Of a stretch of DNA of 64,000 nucleotides, positions 12,395-26,700 are shown piece by piece. A program made the position numbers and the translations under genes. The DNA comes from Tubulanus polymorphus (lineage: Eukaryota; Animalia; Nemertea). Every line of letters starts with the position of its first letter. Position 1 is the stretch's first letter. Under the pieces are notes generated by a model, which saw only the letters and a list, made by a program, of their open reading frames with translations, was not told where the DNA came from and did no database searches. The stretch is from NCBI RefSeq assembly GCF_964204645.1, contig NC_134027.1:22964560-23028559 (forward strand). The letters run 5' to 3'.

Positions 12395-15300
12395 GAATGG
12401 TGGCAGCAGATGTAGAAATGAATACATGTCGTTCAAACATTAATTTTTGAATGTCTCAGGTATGAATTGAAACTCGCTCTGTCTATAGCTGTAAAAACCG
12501 AGCACCTCAGTTTCATATTCTACTTCCTGGTTGGAATTTCTACGAACACATATTGAGATATTCACGCAAAAAAGTGTGAAAACAGTGTTATAAGTAGTTT
12601 CTTGTAAGCGATCTCTTTTCTTCTAGAAAGTAAATTCGGCCACTGTATTTATTCTCGCCTCTGCGTCCTATCTGTTGAAAGGCCTTTTAAGTCTTAGGGA
12701 TGCTTATCGAACATGTAATTCGTTATAATTTTGAGTACTAAGTACAGAAGAAACAGTCATTTCCTACTTATACGACGAGCGTTGAGCCGCCTAAACAGAA
12801 CGAAATATAAGCCGCGGACTCAGGTTTACACGTATACGCTCAACCTTCTTCAATGTCATGCGACTATTCCCCCTCTTGTTTGCTATGATCATGTTCATAT
12901 TCTTGTTAAATAGGAGCAATACTTCCTCGTCTCTATTGCGTCGCATATTACTGGAGATCGGGATTTGGCAGTAGCAACGAAAGAAGAAAACATTCCACTC
13001 GCTCATCTAACTCGTGACTGGAAAAACGTTGATGAATGATTCCAAGGTTTTTGTTTGGAAATTAATCCGATTTTTGAACACATTTTTATCGAATTTGGGG
13101 AATTCTTTAGTTTTCTTCATTTAAGATCTACCAATCAATGTAACATTACAAAGACCGACGTCACCCGTACAGGAATCCACATCTTTTGACTTAACGTGTA
13201 CAGCTACAGGGGGCAACCCGGTACCGAACCTCGCCATAACTAGAATACCAGGGGGCAGCACTGTGAAACAGGGAGTTAGTCCTCTAACATATTCAACATC
13301 CGTCACTAAAACAGATAACCATGCAGAATATCAATGTACAGCTACTGGGGCTGGTATACCAACACCAATGATTTCTAATCAAGTTAAATTATTTGTTTAC
13401 TGTAAGTACTACACATATTTCTCAATCTACTCCATTTCTAAGTGAATGTTGCACAATAAAGAATATCAGGGTTGATAAAGATGCCGTACATGCAATGTTC
13501 CCAATCATTTTTTCCATTTTCCACAGATGCACCAAAGCTCTCGGAAAAACTCAAACCCGTCGTAGATTTACGATAAACTACGACGCGAATCCGCGAGCAA
13601 CAACTTTGAATTGCAGCCACACGTTTGAATACAGGGCTACTCCGGCAACCATGTTCTGGATCGTAACTGTAAAATCAGTTCAGGCGTCTGATTACGGATC
13701 TCATTTGTGTCAACTGAAGCGTAGAAATTACATTGAATATCCTAGAAATTGGTAAGTGCTGCATCGTGCGGAACTTTATTCCAGAAACGAAGCTTCATTA
13801 CGGTTGCTGCAGTCCACATGTGGAAAAATCCCTAGAAATTCTAATGAAAACTGCTTTAGATTCTATAGTCTCATTATTGTTCATTTGTCATCAATTGCAA
13901 AATACAACTTGTGCAACCTTCATCTTGGTCATTTTGTTCATTGTAGGGCTTCGAAATCTGACAATCGTCGCAAAAACGGCCGTATCTGTGACTCTGAGTT
14001 GGATATCGGAATTTGCGGGTGGCTCCATAAAAACATTCACAGTCACTCACAAGGCATTGGAATCTACAAAGTCCGCGGATAAAACTGGAATACCCGATCC
14101 TGGTTATGGGAAAATGGTGCAAACGAATTAATAACCGGATTGAAACCAGCAACTGCTTATCAGTTCAAAGTGATAAGTGTCAACTTAAATCCTGGTGATA
14201 AAACGAGGCCATTTACTGATATAGTTACAACTCGAACAAATGGTAAGTGTGAATCATGTAGAGATTTCGAATAGAACCATACAGGTCTCTTCCCCTATAT
14301 TCACTGCGCATTGATTCATGGTCCATTCCTCCTTTCGGTGTAATGAACTAAATACCGGTTTCTTGAATACTGTTGCGTATATTTCTCATCACTAAACTTC
14401 GAGAATGTTTCATACGTTTCTACTATCGGTTCTTGTTTTATAAGTTTTCCCGACAGGCGTCACCTCTACGCATGCGTATAACCCAACGGTCAACTTAGCC
14501 AAATTCATCGGCTTAGATGTATATAGATCCCTCCAATAGTATATATATAGTATTGTAAATAGTTGATGTATATATATATTTTGTTACGTTTTCATTCTCT
14601 AAATTTTAATCACTTCAGTGTTGTTTTGTAAATATTTGTATATAAATGTGTAATAGTTTTCCTCCATATACCATGGAAATGGTTGGAGTGTAAATAAATC
14701 GTAATCGTGATATTGTATCGTGTATGAGTTACACGTTCCGTTCAGCCTTTCAAAGTCTGAATCGACAGAACTTTAGGGTAGATATCAGATCCTAAAACCG
14801 ACTTGTTGCGCGTGCGCAGTGACTGGCATTGACTTCGAAAACTTGTAAAATAGAAGTTCGTGACCACGGTATATTCGTGACCACGGGACTTCTGATAACA
14901 GCACTACTGGTTGAATTATCATACTGCACTAAAGCATGTCCTGTATTATTTTCAGCTATTCCCAGCGCTATGGACACCGTATTGGATCAGGCCACGATAA
15001 CGCAGGAAAGAGATTTCGCCCTGGTGAAGATGTCATCGTTTCCGTCGAAGTACAGCGTCTACGTGGAATACTGTACGAAATATACGAACCAGTGTAAATC
15101 TACCAAACCGATAGAAACCACCGACGGTTCGATAAAAATTGAGATTAAAATCAATCCAGATCAACCATACACTTACAAACTGATCGTATCTGAAAGTAGT
15201 GACGTCATCGCCAGCAGACCGCTTGAAGTGAAAAAAGGTAAAGCTATGGCTGGAGGTTTTTGATCCAAAATATTTTGATGAGATGGAACACAACCATGGG

Positions 15301-16797
15301 AAAATAGATTCGAAGTCGCCTTCTTTTGAAAATTTGCAAAAAGGTGGCTGATTCTAGCCGAGTAAAAAAAAGATCTTTCCAATACGCCTAGCAAATATTA
15401 CATCATTTCGTTTTTGCATCCGTTTTTGTGTGGCCAAAAACAAGCGCAGAAAAGAAGATCCCGTTTTGTGTGGCGACGAAACAGGAATTAAATTTGGACT
15501 CAAATCGCTTGAAAAAAGATAATTTTTACGATAGATTTCTTATGCCGCAGATATTCTGTTGATGGTTATGTTTCTGCAAACCCAAGTAACCATAATCTAT
15601 ACAGATGCGAATATTGAAATCATCAATTTCAAACGTCATTTCTTTATTCAGTTGATGATAAGAGGACCGTAACGTCTCCAGATCCGCTGACGATTGTTGG
15701 TTTTGTTCTTAGTATCATCGCGTTTGTTCTGAACGTGATATTATTGGTATTACTTTTAATGAAACGATTAAGAAACAGAACAAGTGGAATGTAAGTGTTC
15801 ATTAATTAAATCATTTGCTGTCCATTTGTTTTGCATCAATTGCCCCCTTCTTTATGAACGATGCTGTTGTAAAACCATCAAGAAATGGCTGAGAAGTAGT
15901 CAATTGGGTTAATTTCAAAACAAGTAGGAAGATCAATTATTGTCTTCAAGCCATTAAATGGTAAATTCTTTAAAAAAACAGAAATACCTGAACACGGGCT
16001 CTGAAAATGCTCGTTCCTAGTGACTCATCTGAATCGGTTCGAATCCCATTATTACGCCGTTCTTTGAATTTGTGAAACATTTTTTTTCATTTCAGGAAAA
16101 ATGAAACTAATGATTCAACAACAGGTAAATTTGTTAAAAAATACTAGAAATATGAATTGTTTTCCCTGCTTCTAAATACTGAATATTTTTTGATAATACT
16201 ATACTACAATTGAATATTATTGATAATTACATCATATCCGAACGTATTTATAACATTTCAGTTTATTCTAACAGTAATGAACTCAAGGACACCGATTCAC
16301 GTATGTATATCTAGTGCATTTTAAACTATCCCGTCTAATTGAGCAAAACCACAATATCAATGAAAACTAATAGCTATTGTTTCATTCTAAAGGGTGGATT
16401 GCTGCCCGAAACGTTAGAAAAACACAATAGCTGTGTTTGATTGATCTCGTGGGTTTTGCTCAATTAAACTGAAGACTGGAAATAGTCTCGACTATTTATA
16501 ACTATCCCGTCTTTCTGTCAATAATTTCTATTGTATATTTTAAAAAATATTATAATTTTTCAGGTGTTTACGCCGCGGTGACGCCGTATGTAAATGTGGC
16601 TTTTTGTGGTAAGTATTTTCTCGAACATTCTTGCGAACACAGTATAGAAACATGAAGATATGATCGTTCCGCGTCCTTTTCGGGACAGTAACATAATTGT
16701 ATATATACATCCACTTCGTAAAACTTTACCGTCTTTTCCTTCATTTAAAGCAGAGCTCGAGCCCGATCAGAACAATTATGAAGAAGTCAGGAATTAA
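12395..16797 (+). pseudogene. IgSF receptor copy B, decayed pseudogene
   Basis: Promoter/exon-1 block 12395-12670 aligns to E 53010-53370 but the ATG and donor are lost. No signal or V exon found. Ig 13126-13401 open; Ig 13527-13751 deleted and frameshifted; FN3 13947-14242 frameshifted (..QTN*); spacer 14956-15237 open; TM 15652-15790; tail 16096-16124, 16262-16300, 16564-16608, 16754-16797 (VYSN.., VYAAVTPYVNV, NNYEEVRN*). Confidence 0.8.
16337..16499. mobile_element. Short Penelope-like terminal fragment with inverted arms and a 13-bp TSD
   Basis: TSD aactatcccgtct at 16324-16336 and 16500-16512; imperfect IR aattgagcaaaacc../..ggttttgctcaatt; core gggtggattgctgcccgaaacgtt. Confidence 0.6.
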
Positions 16798-19700
16798 CAG
16801 ATACTAATAACCAGCTTCGACCTCTTATCGACTGAAAGTTGTGTAATATAGAGTATGTAACAAAGATGTTGTGCCTGGGCCCATCGAATATTACACTATT
16901 ACACTCCGTGTTAAAAACTGTGGATTAGGGATACCGGTTCATTCGTGACGGTGTTACGGTCCTGTTTTGTCTGACGAATCGCAGGTAGTTTGTTTTCAAT
17001 GAATGAAATCGATCCTTTTCGGAAGAAATAACATAATTGATAAGAGTTCAAATGTCAAATTAATGCCTCGAGGAAAATAAGAATATTTTCAAATGCAGAT
17101 AAATCCTAAATACAGGGATAGTATTTGTACATGTATGTATATTTGTAACATAGATGCAGCTCCGATCTGTGATACGTGTCTCTCGAGAGTGATATTTTGT
17201 TCTCAATCGAAACATTTTCTTTTGTTATTACATTTTGTACGAATTACGTTGGATTATTTGTGGGTAAAATATCTGTATCTTATCATTATCGATATTAATC
17301 TATTTAATCGATTCGTTTATTCAATTTGTTTATCTAAATCATTTAATCAAGGCTACGCCGTACTTTGTAAAGTTAACCTGATGTTGAGTTGAAAATAATG
17401 AAATATTGCTGTTTTCCATAACGGAATGTATACAATAGATTCTCCTTCTCTCACTCAAGTTTACATCTACCCTTCAAACAACATCTACATTTTTCCTCTC
17501 TCAATAATTACACATGAAATAATCTTATAGGGTTTAAGAGCCTTGTTCTATCGTTTATATGTATTGGCTATTTTTATGTAAACTTCTTTCAAAATAAAGA
17601 ATATCTCACGCTCAATTTAGTTGAATTACAATTTTCTTTTGCGTTTCAAATTTCAGGCTTCATTTCGCAAAGATTTGTTGCTGTTTTCGCAATTTTTTAC
17701 GAAAATAGGTGACAATCGAAACTATTTCAATCAAACTCTCAGGAAGGGGAGAATTCGTGATTTTGTTTATGACATGTTGGAAGATGTCGGAGACATACAG
17801 TTGGAACCTCGTTGAAGAAAGCCACTAAATATTTGGATGGATATATGAAAGCTGTGGGTACTGGAGTGTGTAATGGGTAGTGTAGTGTGATCTGTGTGCA
17901 TTTGTGGCCAGCACACAGATCACATTGTTCAATGGGGTTTGGTCCAGGACTCGTGAGATTTTCTACAACACGGAAGTAACGTGTAATAAATGATGACTTG
18001 AATTGCATGACTGCCTACCACCCCTCATTATTGTTGGAAAAGTAAACGTTCCGCACTGACTAAAAATTAGTAATAATAATTAATAACATTTTTGAAATGA
18101 CCAGAATCTTAACTTAGGTTCTATCTCATTTTTATTTTACAATTGCGATTGGTATAATTTTTTTTAAACGGCCGTTAAGGCTTCATGTTTCGTCTGCAAT
18201 TCACTGCAAATAGTTACGCAACTACGCACATTTCAGTGTTTTGGCAGCTGTACACTCAATCGGCACCGTTCGTGACTAGCTTCACTGCGGAATTATCATT
18301 AATTTACATCGCCATATCACATCATCAACTTATATTGTGCCTTAAAACCCTAACAGCCGAAATAATTGAAATGCACACACGATTTCTATCATTGAAAATT
18401 GAGAGAGTGGCCGTGTTTGTGTTCTGCTGCTTCGCGTAAATCCCCATGGGGGCGCAACCGCGCGGAGTGGGGCCGATACGTCTAGCGGGTAGCGCCGATA
18501 TATCCGTGTTAAACGGGTTTCTTATTGAACCGAGTCATACTAATACTTAGAAGTCATTTCTTTTGGAACTGTGGAGCCTGATGTAGATTAGAATGAAATA
18601 ATGTCTCAATTCATATTTATGTTTATAGGGGAAAATAGAAAAAAACGCCCATATTCAATATAGAATATAAAATAATTCAAACACGTAGATTGCATATATA
18701 CGAAACTGAATATTTTTTTATTAAAAATTGAAAATTCTGCAAAAGCGTTTGCAATGGTGTATTAGATATATTATCATTCATTACATATACATGTATAACA
18801 AGCCAAACAAATCGTAATACGAACAATTGAGTATCAAAGCATCAATTTAAAAAGCCCTAGTGCAAAAAATATCTGCTTCTTAAATCCTAGTATAGCATGA
18901 AAAATGCCATTTTCAAAAATACTATGATATCGACATCTTTTTATTTCATTTAGAGATACGTGCATTGACATTCTCTTATCACAGACGCGCGTCAGAGAAA
19001 TCCACCACAGTGTCAATGGCTATAGACGTTGAGTAACGGAATAGTTCACATAAACATAGGTGAAAACTATCAGGTTTTGTGTAACAAGTAGTACTTAGAA
19101 ATGATTGAGGTTATTGTGACTGCAAAAAAGCATATAACTAGAGGGGCCAATGGACCAAGTAAGCATTCGAGATGAAATCATCTCTTGAGGGAAGAACTAT
19201 ATGAACAACTCAACACTATACAAATCTTAACCAGTTCACCAGATAATCTTTGCACCAGGAAGAATCATGGGTTTACGCTGGTATAAGGCTAAACAAAATT
19301 GATACCTTGTTTCTCATAATCGACCAGGTCAATTTTGTAAAATATCATGAAATTTGTAATCAGTTCATTTCTATAGCTGCCGGGTCTGCAATGGTAAAAT
19401 TAATCACGATTTTGAAAAAGTAATGTATAGGGAAGATAGGCCTATAGATAGATCCCGTTTAAGTTGCTCGAGTTTGAGTTAACTGGAGGACGGAATTGAA
19501 TGAAATGACTACACGAAGCTTCATGAAGACTGCCGTCTTTTCAAGGGAGGGTAAAAAATATCACACCAGTTATATCAATAAGATTTTATGAAAATATATG
19601 AGAGCAATATACACAGTAACTATTTGTAAAGAATATACGCATACATCATTGTTTAACATAGCTGCATAATTAATTGTTGAATTACAACGTTAGCCATCTA

Positions 19701-20578
19701 TAAAATGTCGAAACAACAAACGATGTTTGGATGGCTTTGCGATGTGGTTAGGTCTATTTCTCGCCTGTTGGCTGCCTAGAATGAATTGGCAACTTTGTGA
19801 TGAAGATGTCAAATGATGCCGAGGAACTTTTGAAATTAACATTGCTTGGACTCAAAATAAGCGTTGATAGGTATGAATTCAGAACGTCAAACCAACACGC
19901 AGGTCTTATAGAAAACTATCTACTCTTAATATTACAAATAATTGATAATAAATCAGTGAGCTCACAATATAGATATTAGGCATAAGCATTATTGATGATG
20001 ATATCTTGTAACTGTATTAGTCCTTTTATAGAGAAATATCTGATTGTGCTATGTTCTTATATAAACAGTTAATTAAGTCAAGTTAAGTTCTTGTATTTCT
20101 CTCTGACACCTGTTCCCAAACCCATCGTGGAGATTTTTGTTTTCTTCCAATTTTAACGTGGCAAATGAGTATTTTACACAGATATTATGCATGCAAATCG
20201 AAGGGCTAGATTTAAATCATATTTCAAAATCAACCCTACCACATTGAAAAAACTGTTAGAAACCAGCAGTGTTTTGTTAAAATACTACAAAATGGACGTC
20301 GGATCCAGTTTCACCATGATGTCCGTATGTAACTTTCAAACCTAATAGAGAACTGTAGAACTAGATCCAGAAATGGCTCTCCTAAATATTGCGATTGTTT
20401 CAGGGACGGATTTCGCAAGAGATCACGAAAACCTGTGAGAACGAAAGGATCTGACCGAGGTCCAGGAATGGCACCAGACGTATCCTCGACAGTCATTTGA
20501 TATCAGCGATAACATGCTACATACAATCCTTAGAACCTCGCTCGACTGAACACAGTGGATGAGACAATAATACAAAAA

Positions 20579-23500
20579 TCAACATTTCTTTTCCTGCTGC
20601 TCTTTTTCTTCACGTTGTCTGCGTCGTTCGGCCTCTTCTGCTTCCAAACGAGCGACGAGTTCAGCTTGAACTTGCGGCTCAACGACGCGACCGAGTTCTG
20701 AGTACGTCGAAAAATCATCGAAATCACCGATAAGCACACCAGGGGGCGCTTGAATTTTGACGTTGTTCACGACGTGTAAATAGATCGGTTCTTTTCTCAG
20801 TTCTTCTACATCGTCTGCATTGAATGCAGGGTTGTCGACACCACAGTTAACGTACTTCACGATATCCCCATCGTCATTGTTGTAAACGTCTTGATAAGGA
20901 TTCTCTTTGTCGCCAATTGTTTGATAGGGATTTTCTGAAATCATACGCGTAACAACATTTAGTGAATTCAACAAACAATCCGTCAAACGATTCAGTTGGC
21001 CAGTCTACATCTGGGAATTGAAGGTTACAATAAATCTATCAAACCCTCCCGCATAAAAGTGGCTGCTTTCTAAAATGCCCATGACATCGTCAAGTCTGCC
21101 CACTAGTGATTGGATATTTACTTCACGCCCTATTTTCCACAATAAACTCTGCCTTACTTGGACTTCTTTTCTTTTCCCTTTTAGAAACGGTATTTTAGAG
21201 TTAGCGTATCGGACATCGTACAGAATTCTGATTCTCTCGTAAGAATCGGTGTACACGTAGAACTCACCCATTTCGTAGTTTCCATTTCTCTCTGCTTTTT
21301 TCGCCTTCTTTCCTTTACGCGTTTTGTTTTTATCGACTTGCGAGTACAGTGGTTCTGCACTATCTAACGACCCTGAAGAGAAAACACGGGATGTGAATAT
21401 CTTAGAAACAAATTTCACGTCATACTTTTTCTCGAATATCTAATTTGGCATTTCATTTTGTGTAGCCAACACATTTCTTTTCTTCGAAAAAGTTTCTGAA
21501 TGTACTTTTGCTACAAATAAAATCCCTTTAGTATAGATTTCATTCTGTGCATTTCACCTTTAGTTTTCTTGTTCTTGCTTTTATCCACATTGGAGTAAAT
21601 TGGATCAGTACCGCTTGCACCATTTACGACTGAGAATAAGCCACAAGTTTGAAAAAATTGGCAAAAACAATTTCAAACAATTCTATTCGAGAAAATCATT
21701 GTCATTTCATGTGTTATTCGTGACAACATTCGCATTCTTTACAACAACAACGATTCAGTAGTAATACTAAACTGGGAGTCATGATTTCAATGATTGAGGA
21801 AAATCATGATTAGTTTCCTAACAAAACTTTTTCATCGAAAGTGACTTTATTGATTCTGTAAAAATTATCACGCGTTTCTACGGCAATTGACGGCACTCTT
21901 CGTGTTTTCAATGATTTCATCGCATCGGTAAAATCATGATAAGTTTCCAATGTAAGCCTCTAATGTAAGGTACACCGTAGTCTATGCACAAATGGTGGTA
22001 TGGAATTGTGCACGACCAATTTCATTAAATCTTTAGTCTAATACATCGTAAATAAAAATCGTAGCGGAAAAATGCTTTTTGATTTTTTTTCACTTTATCT
22101 AGTTGGTTTTCATAAAACGAAATTTGAAAGAGTAAGATTATTTCCATTTCCTCTATGTAACTATGTGTATCGGTAAGTTCTTTGTGAATATACGGCACAT
22201 GTAATCCTGCTATTCTAAGGGCATTTCACCAAATACGTTGATCGGTTCCTTGGTATCATTCTAGATTTGAAAAACACTTGCTTACCTTGATTCTGATTTC
22301 GTTTTTTATTTTTGTCGACCTGTGCGTAAATCGGTTCCCCTGAAAATAATAGAATTCAAAATCTATTCCGATCGCCTCTACCATTCTTCTGGTCAATGAC
22401 CGAGCAAATGATAGGTTTTTATAGATTGAGCCATCAATATTGCATCATTTGGCAATTCCCGAATATAACTAATCACTGTACACTACAGGACATTACCGGA
22501 CATAACCGATCACTTCGATCATTACGTCCAAAAATACGAACCTGAATTCGCTACACTTTAAATCAAGCTTTACCTTATCGTGAGATTAATATGCATGGCA
22601 ATCTTTGGACTTAGATATTGAGATAATGAATATGTTAATTGATTCGCGGCTCGGAAATACTCGGTGGTTTTACGGAGATATCCGGCAATATCGATCGGTC
22701 CAAAAAATCGATTAATTAAGATAGGGCCTCGTAACATAAAGATAAAACTCTTACCAGTTTTCTTGACTCCATCTTCCGAAACTGCGAATATAGAAATGGA
22801 TCTATTTAAGTACTTATAATGTATTAGTTCTAATTCAGTTATGACAATATATGTGATACAGTAATAATACGTTAAATCCTACAATTGTAAATAGGCTAAA
22901 AAGTTTATTCTAAAATTACTTGTGATAATTCGGGGTATAACTGCAACCCTCCTACGATCAGTCTTAAAGGGGGAAGGATGAAGGAGACTTCTAAGATTGA
23001 AGCAATTTTTTCGTTGATTCTTTTAACAAACCTTCTACTCAATTCAGTAGATCAGAAAATATCTTTATTTCAATAATGACGAAGTTTCAATGAAATGAGG
23101 AAATGAACCGATTGCTTACCAAGATCGTTAATGCTCGAATACGGATCTGAAAATATGAAACAAGTTTAAGCATCTCATAGACGGTATTGTGATTGAAGAA
23201 TATTTTATAAAAGTCCGATCTTTAACTTAAAAACTCTGCGCTGAAGATAGAAAATATTTTTTTTCTTTTTCTTTTGCCCATTCGGGATCTAAAAGGACAA
23301 AGACAAACGAGAATTTCAATAGTGTTTTTCTCTGAAGAAATAGAAAACCCTAATAATTTGTGCCAATTTTATTACTAACAAAGAAATTCTCGCAACATTT
23401 AGGGATACGATATAACTGAAAATATTGTGGGGATTTCATTGTCCATAATGCAATATAAAAACCGACTGACAGAGATTTTCAACAATAACGTTGTGATATG

Positions 23501-23794
23501 AAAACTGTTGCAATAATCTGTTTGCGTAAATTTTCGGCGTGTTAGAAAGTTGTAAAATTGTGACATTACCGAAGTCATCGGTAGTGACGTGATTATCTTT
23601 GGTCGGTGGACTTTTAGGTTTTTTGTTGACTCGCGCGTACACGTCACCTAACAAGGAAAAGAAAACAAATATTTGAAAAAATATATGTTTATTGTTTAGA
23701 TGAGATGAAAGGTTTGAAGTGGCAAATTTTACCTCTAGGTCCGGCTACATGTCCATCGATATCGTTATAGTTCGGAGGAGGAACTGAAGCCGGA
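20579..23794 (-). CDS. Cytoplasmic tail exons of copy C (13 Tyr; PPPNY, VYARV, EPIYAQV, DPIYSNV, EPLYSQV, YQTI-x6-YQDV, EPIYLHV, STYSEL; C-terminal charged helix)
   Basis: Eight in-phase exons translated by hand; they overlap ORFs 23436-23654, 21005-21418 and 20579-20986. Confidence 0.85.
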
Positions 23795-26700
23795 CTGAAA
23801 AAAGGGAAACACACCATTTTGTGGTGATCGCCTGGGCTGGAAAGGGAATCTCTGACATGGAATTAAGTTAAACAAATAGGAATTGAAATCTCTAGTTTCT
23901 ACCTTCTCGAGCTATTTTTTGTCCAGATCCATTGACCTTCTCGACGCCTTTTCACGAATAGCAACACGAACACAATGACGATGAGGGCGAGCAACAATAC
24001 ACCCACAACAACACCTCCGATCAGTGCAACATTGGTAGTAACTAAGAGGATAAAAAATAAAATGTGCAAACTATGACAAGAAAGTATCGATGTGCCTGAA
24101 TTTCACCAGAGATATTTTTCATTAAGAGTGAACTAGCAAAATGACTATAGGTATGGGATATCTATGCATTTATTTGTTTTTTTATCTTTCTTTTCAACGT
24201 TTGGATCTTGGTTTACCGACACTAACCCGCAAATATTTACCTGGAATTTCTACCCGATGGCTCAGAATTACGTCACTACTCTCAATTACAATCAGTTTGT
24301 AACTGTATGCTTTATCGGGATCGATTTTAATCTCAATACTAATCGGCCCACCAGTACTTTCTTGTTTCGTAGAATTAAAACATTCGTTTGTATGTTTGAT
24401 ACAGTATTTCACGTAGACGCTGTACTTCGACGGAAACGACGACATTTTTATCAGGACACTATTTCCGTACTGTGTTACTGTCGCTTGCTTCAATACGGTG
24501 TTTATAGCGCTTGGAATAGCTAGAAAATTAGAAACCATGAATTCGATTTCAAAAAAGACCGGAAAAAATTATATCATCAACACAATCATCTAGACTGGAG
24601 TACGTGCAGCCAATCCCACTAGCTGGAAATAACAGCCGAGTTAGAATTCTCAAGATCGGGGATCAAGGAGGCACGTATGTCGCTACGTATTTGCATTCCG
24701 ATATTCGTATCAGTAGGAAGCTCCTGGACTCTGTTTTTGGGCTTAAAATGATGCAACATCGAATGTGAATGATATCGGAAAAGTTAACTGGTAAAATAAT
24801 CCGAAACAGCTTTTCGTTCGATTGTCGTCGTTGACGGTAACAATCACGAAATGAGGAATTTCCGAAAATGAGGAATTTAACTCAGCGAAATTAACTTTAT
24901 TAATTTCACATAAAGAAATGTGCGTTAAAGTAATCGAACGAGCTTAAGGATAGGCCTGTATTTATATCTTACTAAACTTACATATCTTACAAGTCTCCAA
25001 TCTTACCATTTGTTCTAGTTGTAACTATATCAGTAAATGGACTCGTATTATCACCGGGATTTAAGTTGACACTTTTCACTTTGAACTGATAATCAGTTGA
25101 TGGTTTTAATCCGGTTATTTTCGTTTGCACCAGTTTTCTATAACCGGGATCGGGTATTTCAGCTTTATTCACGAATTGTGTAGCATCCGATACCCTGTAA
25201 CTGACGGCGAACGTTTGTTTGGCACCACCCTCAAATTCAGAAACCCAACTCAGCGTCACAGAAACAGCTGTTTTTGCAATAACTGACAGATTTGACGGTG
25301 TTTGGGGAGGTCCTGAAACCACAAGAAAAAAAGAAATTCGTTTTATAGTTCGCACGCTGCACTAATTTATTGGGATCCCAGTTCAGCAAAATGCAGTCTC
25401 GTGTTATTCAGAGTGTTACTCCGGTATTAATCTGAAGCCTGGGCCCAGCATCCCTCCAGACATCCGACTACTCAAATATTATCAATTGATGAACGACTAA
25501 CAGAAGAGTTATCATTGAAAATAGGTTTCAGGCTGCAATCGATATTTGCAGGTTTTATTAGAATTGATAAGTGGTAAATAGTGCTATAGTGCAAATGACT
25601 GCGAATTTCTGAAAACAACATATCTTTCGAAATAGCACATGATTCTTACCAGTTTCTGTGAGTTTCAGTGTTATATCTATGCTACCAACTGAATTATTGA
25701 GTCTACACGAATAGGATCCATAATCAGATGCCTGAACTGATTGTATGTTGACATCCCACTGCGTTAAACTGGTATTTTTCATTACATGGCGGCCCTTTGT
25801 TGAATTGTGTCTACAGTTGAGAGTTGTCGCTAGCGGATTTGCATCGAAGTTTATCGTAAATCTACCACTTTCTCCTATATTTGCGGCAACGGGTTCAACT
25901 TGTGAAGAAAGCTGCGGTGCATCTATTGTAGAATTAAACTAAATATGTAATATTGTATCTAGTGTATATAGAATAAAAAGTTTCTAAAAAATACAAGAGT
26001 AATTTTTTCAGCACTTGAAATATGAAAGAATGTACAGTGTAGTCTCAAATGAAGATATGTACCAGTTGCACTAATGCTATGAGGAATTTGATCCCCTTGA
26101 GTAACGGAGTAGAATTAAAACAAAATACGGATGAAATTTGGAATAGAACTTAGAATAAAGATAGATGAATTGCTGAGAATGTTTTCCTTCGATGCGAAGT
26201 AATTATGTCCCCCGGACGCTGTCGTTGTACTGTGTAACTGGTTGTTTACATTGGACATCGGTAATAAAATATCACTAATATATGGAGTAAAGATCACTTG
26301 TGAGAATACAACGACGCTTTCGTAGGGCTTTTATTTGTTAACTCTAAGATGAGATAAATATCAGTTCACTATAGTCATACTGGTTTTTTTACAGCGGACA
26401 TCGACGATAAAAAGTAACTGATAAATGGAGTAAAATTCCCTCGTATGAAATCATATCAGTTTTTTACAAGTTTTCTGTGACGAATTCATCATTCGTGGAT
26501 TTGATTGATATACGGTCATCTGATATACACTAACTACTATGTTTTACAAAATTAAAAGATAATTTTTCATTTTATTGCCTCAGTAATCCAAGACCTCTAC
26601 CGAAACGGCTACGAATACATCTGATTATTGTGCATCATCATTTATCAAGAAGATAAATCGCCTATTCAACACTTACACAATATAGACAACGTCATGGATG

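Noticed and set aside
15995-16055. tRNA-like B box ggttcgaatccc (variants at about 8672 and 50502)
   Set aside because: No cloverleaf or convincing A box; at most an old SINE remnant carried along in the duplicated intron.
17700-19450. Possible LINE or DNA-transposon debris between B and C
   Set aside because: Only faint motif resemblance; I could not support boundaries or a family by eye.
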